Part shown: piece after piece, positions 1-14,700 of the stretch
Position numbering within the stretch: position 1 is the stretch's first letter
Layout: each line of letters opens with the position of its first letter
Origin: Kudoa neothunni
Taxonomy: Eukaryota > Animalia > Cnidaria
DNA: 64,000 nt
Direction of reading: 5' to 3'
NCBI GenBank assembly: GCA_964304625.1
Contig: OZ199838.1
Location: forward strand, 12,192,524-12,256,523
The notes under the pieces: generated by a model
Told to the model about the DNA's origin: nothing
The model's database searches: none
What the model saw: only the letters and a program-made list of their open reading frames with translations
Made by a program: the position numbers and the translations under genes

Positions 1-600
1 TTAGTTTTTCTATTTTTTCCATTCGATATTATTTCATAATATGGCATTATATCCACGTTTTCTTTCAAACAACGAAACTAATTGATTCTCTTCAAGTGCC
101 CCCGAACCCTCATTTGGGCAACTTTATTCTTAAGCTTAGTGCTCTCGAGTCGTAAATTTGAGCTAATTCCAACTTACTGCGAATTAAAACAAAAACTAAG
201 GTTTTAATTATTCATGATAATTGCTATTCTTTTATTATATCGATTTTAATTAGTAACAATATTGTGTAAGCTATTAAATCATGGAAGATGCGTACGAGCA
301 GTCACCTACTGTATTTCTATAATATTTTAAGCCATCAACATCTCATATATAAAATTTGGAAACTGAGGACGATCCTGATTAATCGATTATTCGAATGTAA
401 TTTAAATATCAGAATACGCTATAATAATTTTTTTAAATTTCGACACGCATGGATGAGAGCGCTCTCGGATTAAGACGATTATGGAAAACGCGACTTTTAA
501 ATCCGCCGAAATGAGTTTCGATTTTGTGACCTTTGTAAATTTTTCAGAAGGAGTTTCAATTGAGTATTTAAGGGGGTTTTTACTCTAAGATAAACTTCTC

Positions 601-1710
601 TTAATCTTCCTAGCGTCTGTGGGGTCAATATGACCCCAGACAGCATTCAGTTGTATTATAAACCAACTTGGAAGTCAAATTTATACTTAAAACCTTGATT
701 ATTTTCCCAAAAATTATTGCTCTTTCTAAATTAAAGATACTGAATGTTATTTGGAAATAAATAAGCTTTGCACGAAAAATACTTGCACTCTCCCTCTTTT
801 GGGGTCAATGTGTCACCAGTCATTTTTCTCAAAAAAAGCTATTTATACGTTACTCAACTAGTGATTAAATATTTTTAAACAATTCCTCTAATTGAAATTG
901 AAATTTTGATAAGTAAATACAAAGAAAAACTAAAAATTTAATTTATGATGTTAACGGATAATCGAGGGTGAGGTAAATTTTTAACGATGAGCGATTTTGA
1001 CCAAGATTTATTGTCACATGATGATACTGAGATCCGTGAAATTTATAACGAAATTCATTAATTTAATTTTACATCTGAATCCATTTCTTATGGTGACGAA
1101 ATCGCTGAAAACTACCATGTTGATAAAAATGGAGATAAATGGTCTATTGAAATGCCTAGGATAGCGGAAACCAGAAGTTATACTCCATTATAATCAATAC
1201 AAGGATGATATAGACACAGTCGGCAGGATTATATCTACAGCAAGTGTCAAAAGATACGCAAATCGATGACCAACAGTTGTTTTCTGCAATATGATTGATA
1301 TTAGCTTAATTAACACATTTCACATTTCCAGGAATATTTTCTCAGATTCAAATTTTTAAAACAGTTAGCTGATAGTCTAGTTAAAAATTATATTCGCGAT
1401 GACATTAAATAAGTTGAACAAAACGTTGGGACTGGCGAGCCTCATTCTAGTAGAAAAAGATGTTATCCGTTTGACTATGTTCGAGAAAAAAAAAATAAAA
1501 ACATTAAGTTCCGATTGAAAATTATATTGTGAAAACCACCCAAAACTTATCTGCTACGAATGAATCAATTGATAGGTTTCAAAATAAAATATTGACTTTT
1601 CATTTTTCTTGATAGACGATTGATTTTTTTAACTCGCAAAAATATACCTTATTCTAATTTTATCAAATATTTGACACTTCAAAAATAGGAATGGTCATAC
1701 GACCTAAATT
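601..1710 (+). mobile_element. Degenerate, internally deleted piggyBac transposon
   Basis: TTAA at 601 followed by subterminal palindrome GGGGTCAATATGACCCC (621-637). ~1210-1320 translates IDTVGRIISTASVKRYANR*PTVVFCNMIDISLINTF, resembling piggyBac GVDxxDQ..YS.KR.T.RWP..F..M.D; then FLKQLADSL and an RKRC-type C-terminal remnant. Contains stops; right end approximate. Confidence 0.7.
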
Positions 1711-1899
1711 AATCAAATAATGATTTATATACACAATTTGTGTGGTTCGGTATTATTCGCCTAGTCTCGTAGCCGCTATTTTTAGCCATTACTCCCAAGT
1801 TAATGATTAGATTTAAATGTAATCCGCATAAAACATCATAAAATATTTTATTTCACGATTATAGGCAAAAAAATATCTGGAGTCATATTAAGCCCAAAA

Positions 1900-2080
1900 G
1901 AAGGAAAGCGTATTGTCGATTTTGGAGCGCTCGGAAGATTAAATGTGAAACATGCGGTGGGTATATTACCATCGTTAAGAAGAGGAACAACACGATGTAC
2001 AGACTCCCTTCATAAGAATATACATCAAACAAGAAATCAAACATGTATACAATTGAGGAACTGGATTGTGGGTTTTTTTC
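1900..2080 (+). mobile_element. Possible Merlin/IS1016-type transposase N-terminal zinc-ribbon fragment
   Basis: Translates KIKCETCGGYITIVKKRNNTMYRLPS*, a CxxCG ribbon resembling Merlin N-termini. Weak. Confidence 0.3.
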
Positions 2081-3969
2081 ACACTCATAAAAATGAGAAT
2101 AAATCAAAAATTTAAATAGTCCTGAATTAGAATTGAGATTATTAAGCCTCTTTGAGTATAATTAGGGTCTTTTTGATCCCAGGCGACATTAGTTATCGAT
2201 TTTGTACCATATCTAATTGCGCAAAATTTTCAAATAGTCAATCTATTATTCTGAAATTTTTGTTGTAAACTTCTACTATTTAACAAACTTTTTTATTCCA
2301 TAGAAAAAAAGTTTACACAAAGGAAAAGGAACTCTTGATACGGTGAAATTTAATCCTAAACAGCACGACCATGCGCAGTGGGAATTTTTAATCTCTGTAA
2401 CTCTTAATTTCAAGCTGTTTAAAGATTAAATTTTTTAGAATTTGCAATTCAATGCTACCTCGGGCTTCAATCATAGTCAGTTCTAGAAGTGTGTTCGAAT
2501 TCCGAATAATTTTTCCTATGTCAAATAATGGAAATTAGTTAAATCCGTTACCGCGAATAAAACAAATGACTATTTTTATTCTTATTCATGAAACACATGA
2601 ATATTTTGTTCTTTATAGATATAACAAATAAATATTAAATATATAATAATAAAAATGAAAATGAAAACGAAAATGAAAATGAAATATAGGATAAATATTT
2701 TTTGGTTGTCATAAGATAGTTTATAAAATTTTCTCTTTCGATGACATTTTCACAATTTGATTGAGCGACTCTTCTTCCAGAATTTCTATTCATCTCTGTT
2801 TTTTGTTCTAACTGAATTTTTTCTGAATAACTTTTCTACATGTGTTCGAACTCAAAAGTGTTTCTAACTCAAAATGTTTGGTCTAAAATACAGATTGCAC
2901 TGTATTTAATTATTTCTGGCCCATCGTCTCGTTCTTAATTGGCCGAAATAATGTAATATAATCAAAACTGATACCATCTGAATATAATTTAACGTGCCAA
3001 TAATCATTTCCAAGCAAAAACACGTTTCGAGCAGAATTGGGGTCAAAAAGATCACAATAATTTGTTCATCCTATTTATCCACAATGTTAAACTTAATGTT
3101 ATAGATAAATTTGAAACAAAGTCTACGAAGCAAATTTTTTTCATTGTATGGAAATCATATCTCAAGTTACAATGTGCATGTGCCAAAATTAGTTTGAAAT
3201 CTGCGCCTCCCGATTCATTTTAATTTCGGCATTCCTTCTCAAAAAAGAAATTGCCTTACGGATTTATTTTTATGCGGAGAAAAAATATTACTACAATTGC
3301 ATGAAAGAGAATAAAATATTTCAACGAGAAAACAAACGTATATAAAATAAATACAACTAATAATAAATTAACTGTTTTTAATATATTATTGTTTGTGGAT
3401 AATAATTAAGTTAAAACGAAATTCTTTATCAGAAAAAGAGTAATTTATTTATTAATCGACTAAATATATTAATATTTGAGTACAAAATATCAGATGTGGG
3501 TAGTTGCACGTGCGCCAATATTGGATAATGTAGTTTTTCACTTTAATCATAAATTTAATAATTACATGATAACAATAAACATGTAGCTTAATCTTTAATG
3601 TGAAGTTTTAGTTTATATAATTTTCGAGTGTCAACGGATTTTATCTTTAAGTACAAAAATTTTACACAAATTAGAAAATTTGATTTTGACACTTATTTAA
3701 TTTCTTACTTACCTTATAGTTTACCTATAAAGATAAATATTACAATTTATAAACATTCAACCCATTTTAAAACACTTTATATTTTTAAGACATGAATATT
3801 TTATAATTTTTTACTTCGGACAATTTGAGACTCTAATTGAATAAGTTATTTATGAATAAAAAAGAAATAAATTATCATTTTTGTTTTATATACTAATAAA
3901 TAGAAAAAATAAATTACTTCTCAGTAGAATTCATCAAATAACTATTGTTTACCAGACTTTTGATCTTCG

Positions 3970-4119
3970 ATTATGCACAAATCGCTCGTGACGTTTTAAA
4001 ATGAGACTCCTATTGCGAAGAATCGGTTCTCGACGAACGAAGCATGCTTAGCCAAACACTTCTTTCATTGACTCAAGTTATGAGTCTTGGACCACCAGAA
4101 ATTGCCTACAGAACCCCTG
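3970..4119 (+). mobile_element. hAT dimerisation-domain remnant and element end
   Basis: YAQIARDVL...VLDERSML resembles hAT LARDVL...VLxxRRSRL; ends ...GAACCCCTG followed by GTTTATAT (nnnTAnnn). Confidence 0.35.
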
Positions 4120-4196
4120 GTTTATATCATTACAGTCTACGTTGGAAACAATTGTAAAATTTCGAATTTTTTACTAAAATACGTTTACTGATTTAT

Positions 4197-4760
4197 ATGG
4201 AAATATTTAAATCAAGACTGGAATTTTTAAATATGATTTATTGTAAAAATAAAAATACAGAAATATTTCGAAATGTCAAGCCTTCGAGAAGGTTGATTGA
4301 AATTACGAGGTCTTTTCAACTTGCAATGTATGAAGAAATTCTTCCTATTTGGCTAGTACCTAATTCAAATTTAACCGTTGATAAACAATTGTTTGCTTTC
4401 AGAGAGAAATATCCTACCACAAAATATGTCCTATAAACCGACAGTCTACAGAATCAGATTTTTCCCCCTTGTTGATCTATCAACGATCTTTTACCGCAAT
4501 ATTTCTCTCAATTTTGGAAAAAAAATAACCAAAGAGCAAAATGTTTAGGGGAAATATTGTGTTAGATCTTGTGCTATACTTAAATAATAATAGAAACATC
4601 GTTTCCGACGATTTTTTCACGTCAGTTTCACTTTCCAATAAACTATTAAAAACTAGCCTAACTATGGTTGAAACAATCAAGCTAAAAGGGATATTCCCGA
4701 AGTATTTAAACCACATAAATCAAGAGAACTGTGTAGCCCACTTTTTCTTTTCTATGAAAA
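4197..4760 (+). pseudogene. piggyBac transposase core fragment
   Basis: PNSNLTVDKQLFAFREKYP (cf. PGxNLTVDEQLVPFRGRCP) and NRNIVSDDFFTSVSLSNKLLKTSLTMVETIK (cf. GRNITxDNFFTSxxLxxxLLxxxLTxVGT); stop and frameshift between them. Confidence 0.85.
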
Positions 4761-5639
4761 AAATACGTTGTTGTCTTATGGCTGATCACTCCACAGCAAT
4801 AAGGAGGCAACCTTTACCTCCTTTTTTTTATAGGTGGCTATGTGTTTCGGTTTGACAGCCTGCTACATTATCACATGCCTGTTGTTTGTTGCGTTACAGC
4901 ACACAGTGTTTCCAGATTAAAGAACAAATTTTTAATGATTATATTTTAAACACACATCTCAGAGAATGAATTATAAAAATGTATCAACAGCTGGGATCCA
5001 ATAGGGATGAATCAATGAAAGAAGAAGTAAAACCAAAAAATGCTATTTTGTTAACACGAAATCTGACCTCATGTAGAATGTTACAAATGATGAATCTATC
5101 CTTGATTCGTTTACGACATTTGTTCAAACACAGTATCGGGGAAATATTATATTATACCAATAATTTATGATTAATTAGAAATTTACATAAAATGCAAAAT
5201 CTATACCTATGGAATAACTAAAAACAGTATTGGGGGTTTTGACTGCATCCTGAAAATGCAATAATAAAAAAATATCACTTAAATCGTCAAATAACAAATA
5301 TTTAAGCGATCAATTAATAAAATTAACGGAAGTTAGAAAAAGTAAGTTCTTTTAGTTTTATTAAAGGCGACGATTTTTTGTTTATTAATAACCCCCTTTA
5401 AATTGTTCAATATCCTTACAGAAAAAGAAAAAAATGCTTCCTCTTTTTTGAAGTGTAACAATTGTTACACATTCAATTGTTTTTTCCTCAACGAAAGCAA
5501 TCTAAACATTAAAGACCAATATCTAAAATTAAATCACATGAAAGGAACAATAAAGTTTATTCATTCTGTTATTATTGTAAAAATTAATTATTTTATACTA
5601 AAAAATTATAATAACGATTCCAACTTGTCAAAATAAGTA

Positions 5640-6570
5640 TTTCCTCGAAATGGAACTTCCATTTTAAGTGTACTATCATTTGATCTTCTCTTAAATTAAC
5701 AGTGAAGAAAACATGTAAAATTATTTACAACTGGAGCGCGGAAGAAATTATTTTATCCGTCTCAGGAACTATGAATGAAACAACAAAAACGTTTGCATTT
5801 ATAATTTTCATATGAGGAAACTATTCGATGGGAAAGGATATATAATTGAAATCGACGAAATATTCCTTCACGGATAACGTAACGATAACCGGGAACGTTA
5901 CTTATAGGAAAACTACTCGATGACAGCACCAAAAAAAGAATTTTAGGAGCTAATTAATCATCATTATTAATTAATAAATCATAACATTTTGTTATTTCAC
6001 GTTTTAAGTTTGAATTCATTGCAATCAACAAATTGAGTATAATCCAGCACTAAAAATCAAATAATAATAATGCATCAGAAGACACTTAAATAGTCTATTA
6101 ATTTTTCGTCCCCTACCTACAAGAATATAGGAGCGCGGCGGAGAGAAAGATACGGTAAACGTATTGACGAACCCTGAAATTTTGGACTGGCATTATGCAG
6201 ACTGATGGATAAGGCCCGACGGTTAGATATCATTTACTTTTTTATGGAAACGCCAAGCATGGAATTATTAACCAGAATCATCGAAAACGAAGTTATTTTT
6301 GGTCCAGCCATTTATAATGATGCATAACAGGCCTATAATAATTAGTTTATCATCACTTGGTTTTAATCGTTCTGAAAGTTATTTTCAAAACGGATCCCAT
6401 ACGAATACGATAGATGCTTGATAGGGAAGATTAAAGACAAAGATTTCAAGGATAAGGAAAGGAATATCTTTTGACAACCTGGAAGATTATTTATCAGAAG
6501 AGTGGTTCAGATCGACTATGAGCAAGAAGTACGAACCGTTAAAGAATAATTTTCGAATGATTAGATAAAA
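5640..6570 (+). mobile_element. Decayed Merlin (IS1595/ISXO2-like) transposase
   Basis: DGKGYIIEIDEIFLHG*RNDNRER (cf. GGxGxxVEIDESxFxKRKYNRGR), AIYNDA*QAY (cf. IxSDxWxAY), GSHTNTIDA (cf. GAHTNTIE), LEDYLSEEWFR; many stops; AT-rich insert ~5930-6110. Confidence 0.8.
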
Positions 6571-8763
6571 AATTAGATAATAAATTATTTTTATATTTAA
6601 GCCAAAATTAATAAATTAGCATAAATATCTAGTGGTGCTCGCTTCAACGATCATTATTAACTTATACATTATAAAATGTTATAAATATAAATCATTTCAC
6701 TTAAAATACAAATATATTGTTCGTTAAGTCATGACATGAGACAGCGAAATGTGTAATTATTTATTTTACTGAAATAAATGATACCAGCTTTTTCATTGCC
6801 GTTGTTATTCGTTGGCTTTATATCCCAAACAACAATTGGCGTCAAGTTGGAGCGCTTTTTGAACGACAACCTTCGAATGCGCACGCGAAATTGTGTTGGC
6901 TTACTTGAAGACTTTCAATACGTTTCTTTAATGGATGAGTGTTAATTAAAAATCCTTATTTAGTTCCGTTAACGTTTTTATTTTATCTTAATTAGAACAA
7001 AAAAGAAAATCGACACACTAATATAGCAAGATTCTGAACGTAAAACGTGCGAATCGATAAAATACATGTTGCAAAGTTTATTTAATTCCTGCACTTTTAA
7101 TAATTTAAACTTGTAAGTTAAATTGATTAGCTTTGACTTTTGATCTGGTTGAGTTTAATTGATTTGATACTAGAAATTTAAAATGAAGGGAAATAATAAC
7201 CGTTCCTTTGATATTTTCTATCATTATGTACAGTATTCTACGAAATCATATACTTATATCTAAATATGGGTTAATAAAGAAATAATAAAAGAATTTAAAA
7301 CTCGACAGATGAACATCTTACTAACATCTACGCAATTTGGATATAATTAACTTAATAAATAGTGAATTTTCGTATGAAAAAGTTGTAATTCTTAATTACT
7401 ATCAAAAATACAATTAATGTTGCAATTTTTTAATATTATAGATTAGACGAAAGGCCGTTCGTTATCCCACTGAAGCCTCAAAAATGAAATATATTAATCG
7501 TTAACACAAGAGTTCGTTGTCAGATAAACATCTTAGTGCATTTCGTATGGTTGGAATTACTCTTTATTCACCGATAGGGGATAAAATGTTAGCCAACAGA
7601 AATCAGTTTAATATCTAAACAAATATTTCCCTTATTTCATTTTTATGACGATTTTTTTAAACAAAAGTTCAATCCGGCCCTCGAAGCTTATAAAAATCAT
7701 AAATTTTGCCATCCAGTCGAAAACTTTGGTGACTCCTGTGCTAACTATTGTAAATTATATTACTGTTTGTTTCGTCACATGAATTGAAGATTAGATGGAT
7801 TAACGATAATTATTTTAACATCTAAACACCACAAAAATTCCAAAAGAAATAATTGAACGGATTCATAAGGAGGAAGAATTTTCATTTCAATATATTTTTA
7901 ATATTTGTCTTTAAATATAAATATTAATAATCCCTAAGGTTTATTTTTGGCGTGCATACTTTAGCAATGTTATCTATTGAATATTCCAATTCCACATGAA
8001 TAAAAAAGTAAAAATATCTTTCGAAAAGAATATCGTAATTAGATGCAAATTTTACGAGCCAATCATTAATTATTACATCGTTGCATGGTTACATGGAGAT
8101 TATATGTGATTCTCTTTAACTATTCAAGTTTCATATCATGTGATGAATGAAGATAACAATAGGAGCTCGCTGATTAGAATAAAAAAGATAAATACTATTG
8201 TTGATTTACGAATGCATAATCAAGAAAGACATAATGATATCAACTCGAAATAAAAATTAAAATGATTCAGCGCGAATTAACAAAGCCGCTGATAGTTTAT
8301 TGATGATTGTGTCAATCGTTACATCCATTGCAAAGTCAATCAGTATTTCTAATTTAACCAAACCATCTGCGTTCGTAATAATGTTGTTGTTGTTGATAAT
8401 TTAATATTCAATCGTATCGTTGTTTTTTAATACTGATTATTTAAATTAAACTCTTAGAATTAGCTTTTAATATTTAAATGTACTATTTACATACAATATA
8501 AAGGCTAATAATGATAATGATGACGATAGCTATGTAGCCCAACTTCATTATCGCTATGCGCAAGCAGAGATTCAATCTAACACATTTTCTTTTATGATCT
8601 ATTTCCTTGTGGTTGTTGAGCATATAGTTGATGGGTTAAACTAAATTTATAGATCCGGTAACCTTTTTTACTTGTCTCGAGGTTGATACTGGCATACGTG
8701 AGAGTGTTTTAATTATCGTCGTGATTTATACTTAATAGGATTAATTCATTTTGTGGTGGAACG

Positions 8764-11700
8764 ATGATGCTGCAGCATCGTTATATGTGTTTTTTATTTC
8801 TATTGGCGATTATTAAAACGTTAATTTTGATAGATTGCACATTGGTAATCAATAGTTTATTGTTTGAGTTACTATTGTGATATGTATAGTGTATTGAGAA
8901 CGGGGCTGGTGGAAGCTACGGTCCGAATGATGCTAAATTAATTGTTTCAACGATTGAAGGATCTTTACTTATTATAAGAAAATTAGATGGGAAAATATTG
9001 CTAAATCTCAAAGGAAGTAATTGCCGCTTTTCATTGGGTAGCGGTGTAACAGTTTTATATAGGAGCAATGATTGAGGGATTCAATCATATGAAAGACAAA
9101 TATGAATTGCTATTAGGAACCTCCAAGGAGCATATTCAATTCAGAAAATTGTTGGATGGTGATCCAAATGATCCGAAAGTATCTTTGTGCATTTGTTTTT
9201 GATCGAAATCACCAAATGGCGCATAGGACATCACAACATCGTTGAAACAACTCACAACGAATGGTTTTGAATTCGGATCGGATCTCATTTCATTAAGTAA
9301 TTTTTTGTAGAATCGTTAACCAATTTCAATGCTTATTTATATTTAGGTTCTCATAGAGACACTCTTCATTTGATTGACCTTCAAAAACCTCAAGTTAAAT
9401 CAGTAACCACTTTCGATGTTGATAATGATAATCTTTATAATTCTCATGAGTTGGCCATAAGTATGTTTTTAGTGATATTTTTGGTGTATGGAATCTGTTT
9501 GTTTAAGAACATGCTGATGAACCCGATGATTCCGTTAATGACAGTTATAATTCAGATGGATTGATTAAAGCCGGTGAAGACATGTTGTCGTTGGATAATG
9601 AGGGCAAATCGTTTCCAACTTTCTCTGATGCAACGATGTATTTATTGGTTTTATGAATGGATGATTGGATCGGGATGGAGTTTGAACTATTTTTTACGAT
9701 TTTAGCTTACCGAATTTCAGTGTACAATTTGGAGGAGAAAAAGGAACTTGGTCGTTTGAACTATGTTGTTTTCCCTCAGTTGGAAGAGGCTAGTTATGTG
9801 GACGGTATTTATTATTAATGATGGGATGTGACTTAATAATCTCAATTCTGCTATTATGATATCAAATTAATGAGGTTATCATTAAAAAGTATCTTAATTT
9901 TATTTCAAATTTAAACATCTATTAATTCCATAAGTAATCAGAATCGCGCTCATTTAGAATAAGATACCATATTTTTAAAACCTATTTTCACGTTATTTTG
10001 TTAATGATGGTTTTCCTCTCATAATTGAAATTTGGGTTGATAAGCTATAAGTAGAGATCACAGTTTTTCAATTATAATCTATTTTAGTAGTCGAATTTTT
10101 TTAAAAGTTTCGACGGGGTTCCCAGAAAAATTCGAAATCTTCTGAAAAACTTGAACGGGATAGTAGCCGAGGAGTAATTGATAGTTTTATTATTGAATGG
10201 ATCGACATCAAGAAGGTGACAAATGAGTTAGCCTGTCAATATTGCAAAGTGAAATTATCTCCACAACAGCATAGAATTTACAAGCAAATAAAGTCGAAGA
10301 ACCAAACGTTGTTAAAAAAAGGCTTTTCAAGATACTTCTCTTCAAGTTATTTTTTTAGAGGTAAAAAAATGACAAAATTGATCAAAATTTGATTTCTGTT
10401 GTTGTTCTCGACGTTTCGTCTGCCATTGGTATTTTATAAGGAAAGTTTTTTTGTAGGGATCTTGTTACGAATTTTTTAAATAACGTTGAAAAGATGCGAT
10501 CCCTAGCTATAAGGGCTCATTACAATGTTGCATTAAATCCGCAGTGCTATGCGCGCACGTGTATATCAAATTAATTTAAAGTTTCGGTTCGCTTTTATAA
10601 AGTATATTTTTAGTTATAGTTACATTTATGAAGTATTATTGATTTATTTGATGAATATGCATTGAGTGTGCGTAATTTTAGCAATGAAGAAAAATACATT
10701 GATTGAAAACTTTGAAAACTAGCTTATTCGTTTAAAATATTTTTCATCTGTATTTTTACCAACAAGATAATACCTATTATTGATTTGTTATGTAATTGTA
10801 AAATTTCAACGAACTTCTTTTAATGCGGCAATCAATATCAAATTTACTCATTTTTTTCCTTGAGTCATGATATATGCATGTAATATATTTTTTTAAATAT
10901 AATCGACGTATATGCACAAAATATCTTTTTTATCACGTATAACCATGATGCACAATTTTTGTAGGCATAAATTAGAATATTACCAACGACGGGTAACCTT
11001 GAGAAGGCCACATCTTATATATGTCATTTTACCTACATTCATGTACAGATACCTATTATTATATTTTCTTGTAAATCCTCTACGAAATTATTCGCTGAAG
11101 ATTTTTGGAAAAACTTAGTATTGCGATCGTTAGTTTGTTTGAGATATTTTCAATTGGTTAAGTTGGGGTGGATCGCAGGCAATATTTTTTAAAAAACTGT
11201 ACCAATATTGAGACTGTTAAATATTTATTTTTGCGCTACAAAAAATCCCGTCAAAGGTATATCAACCATGTAAAATATAAAAAGCAATTCCATCTAATAG
11301 TCTTTTTACAGAAACATGTGTCCATTTTTTCGACTCATCATATTGATTTTTTTGCAATATTTTATTATCGGTTGAATTTATTTTTATGAGTTTAATCTAT
11401 TTTTATTTTATTTGTGCATTAAATTCAAAAAATATTTTTCAGCTAATTTTCATCTGCGAAAAGCAAACCATACATATTATTACTTTTAAAATGAATGATA
11501 ACTTGTTTATTACAGTCTATCTATCCAAAAAGAGATGTTTCTTTTTCTAGTTGTGTTGTCCCAGTAGCCTCACAGTGAAATGATCTGCTTTTGATAACTC
11601 CACCGAAATTATTAGTCGTTAGAGTTATGGCGAACTAAATTGTTTCTGGCGCAATAAACTTATCTAATAATGTTTTATATTTCCCACAATTTTATCCTCC

Positions 11701-14700
11701 TTAGTTTTTTCTGTTATAGATTTATTATCAATTTATGCATGAATATTTATTACAAATGAGATTGTGGATTTAATCAAAGAAAAATTTAAATCCATTGTTG
11801 GTAGATTTATTTTTATGCATTGTCTAAAGAAATGTTACCCCCGCCCCATCGGAAATCATCTCTTCATAGACATGTTTCAAAGGACTGGGGTTCTTGATAG
11901 CTAATCAAATCGAATATTCCAGGTTCTTCCAATTCCTTCTAGGTCTCGTTTTGCCATGTATACAAAACTTTGTTCTTTGCTTTTAGTACCATTCTTACTA
12001 GATCCTGATAAACACCAGAGTCAATGTAGAGAATATACAGTATTGTTTGTTTCATAACTACCAAACATTTGTTCTATTCGTTTGTCACTACCAATGAGCC
12101 AGCCATTTATAAGACATGATTAATAAATCTATTACATTTATATCATTATATATATCATTAGGTATAGTTGGATTTTAAGAATTCGAATTTCTCCCCAAAT
12201 ATTTGACTTTTTATTATTTTTGAAAGAAAAATAACCCCAATATACCTTTTGACACTTTTGGCGGAATTAAAGTTACGCTCACTCAAAAAATTACCACCTC
12301 ATTTTCCAGTTTTTCAATTTTACTAAATTAACAAAAAATTGCCATTTTAACTAATGTAAGATTTATTGGAATCTATCAACATTGTAATTTTATTTTTTTA
12401 ATTCCTTAATATCTCTTAAATTACTGTTGATTTCAGCTAGTTTCGTGATAAGGTATATCCTAGAAAAAATCAGCACGAAACAATTATGGTTTGTATAAAG
12501 CAATATGTAATTGTTTATTTAAGGAGATTTTTTATTAAAATAAAAAAACCATCTTACAATGATAAAAATTGCGATCTATTTAGACCCTCATTTACTATAG
12601 TTTACCTAAAGTTATGATAATTAAGAAAATTTACTTAAAATTAAATAAAATATGAAACTGTGCTTAAAGTTGAGAAGATTATCCAACTTTGCTTGAAACT
12701 AGTTAAAGTAGGAAAATTTGCTAAGATCGGTTCAAACTATCTTATTAAAACTTTTTAATCTATAGTTTATAATATTTACATTTCAAGTATGTTTGTTCTG
12801 TAAAATCTTTAACTATTGAGGATAATCCACCACAATTTATTTTGCTCAAAAATGAGACTTGTTGTGCTTCTCTAGTTAACCCGCTTGTGTTAAATCTTGT
12901 GGCAAGCTAATTGTTTTTCGTCATTTTTCTAATCTTAAATGTCTATTCGATTTTTTGACTGGTCGAGTTATTGCTATCAGATTGGGAGTTGAGATCATTC
13001 GTTTTATTTTTTTCAATTCATCTTTACCATTTAATTACATGTCGATATAGATGACAGCACTTACTTTTTTTCGATTCATTCCAACAAGTTAGCCTCGGTG
13101 AACCTATTAAAAAGTAAACACTTTTGTTATGCTTATATTTATCGTATTACTTTTATATGAACCGCTGGAACTTATTATAGAAAAGCTTAACTGGATAGTA
13201 AGGTTAGACTCTCATTTGTTCTCAGTCGGATTACTGGACAGCCGAGAAAAACTGGACGTTAGGCGCCTAACAGTGAACTTTGTTACCGAGCGAATCATGC
13301 AAGAAATCATACTACGTGTTGAAAACAAGCAGAACCTTGAAATGTTCTCTTCATTAGAGTTTGTGAAAAACAATTTGATGTAATTCCGCATTATCTTTGA
13401 TTACGCGTGTAAGCTAATATTTTCATGCAGAAACGTAGAAATATTGAGGGATTCGAACGGAGTGAAGCTCTTTTTTGATTCTCCTGTAAAGGTAATAGAT
13501 TGAGGATGAGTGTTTTTGATCAACAGCGATTCAGGGAGACGGTTGTAAACCAGCCGGCCAATTTGGAATCCAGAATCAAGCCTGCGACAACCACATAGTT
13601 ACTGCCGACACTGTTAATGAAATGAGTCAATCTGTTGGTTATCTTCTCGCTTTGCGAACCAACGGCACTGATAATAACGACGAGGATAGCAGGTCTACCA
13701 GTGAATCACATGAAATAACCCCATCCAAAGGTACCCTTAGGAATGTTGAAGACCCAGCAAAAGTGCTATTGTTATACAGGCAGATGATTAGATTTATGAC
13801 TCGCTTCAAAAAATATGCTATCAAATATATACCCCTTTCCGAGAATTTGGCTGATTCGTTCATCAACTACAGTGCCCTTATAATGTTGGGATACACATTG
13901 ATGTATATATGCAGAACTATTGGTCATACTTGGGGTAATAAATTGCCATCGTTGATTAAATCGAATCTGATCAAATCTTGCTATCCTGAAAATGGCAGTG
14001 TAATCCAATTTCTCAATATGGAGTTCAATGTGGATGATCATCTTAATGATGTGGCATCAGTTTCAAACACCAGCAAACTAACCACATTCAAAGGATTGTA
14101 CAAAAATAAACCTGTTGTGATTCGTCGATATGAGAACAATGTTCAATGCGATGGAAATCAAATCCTTATGCCTTCATCAACGTTCAGCCACCAATTTCAC
14201 GTTTCAAATTCAGTTCCTTTCAACAAACACATTGTCAAATTTGTGGGAAGTGAAATTGGTGTACGATATTCGTATCTCATGACGGAGTTGTATTCTTACA
14301 ACTTGGAACAATTTTTTCAATGCGAGCACTCATCTGATGTCCTTGATATTAAGACCAAAATCAATATGCTGTACCAACTTATGAAAGGAGTGAAACACCT
14401 ACATGCCAATCGATTTGCTCATGGCGCCCTTATACCAAAGAATATTTTGGTTGATCTCGATAGAAATACAAAACAATTGCGTGTGACCATCTCTAATTAT
14501 AGTAAAAGTCATGTTCTCGACGCTTCTATCACTACGGCTGATTGCGTATCCACGTCAGCAGATCCAAATGATAATTCACCAACAAAGAACATTAACGGTA
14601 ACAACGTCCGTTCTACAGACAAAGACTATTTCAATTCTAACACACCCATACTCAGCGAAGCTCTAAAACACAGTACCAATGATATCTACGAATTTGGTAT

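Noticed and set aside
10180-10310. CQYC zinc-finger-like peptide in the IRE1 intron
   Set aside because: Short, with no usable ORF; most likely a transposase fragment, too degraded to assign.
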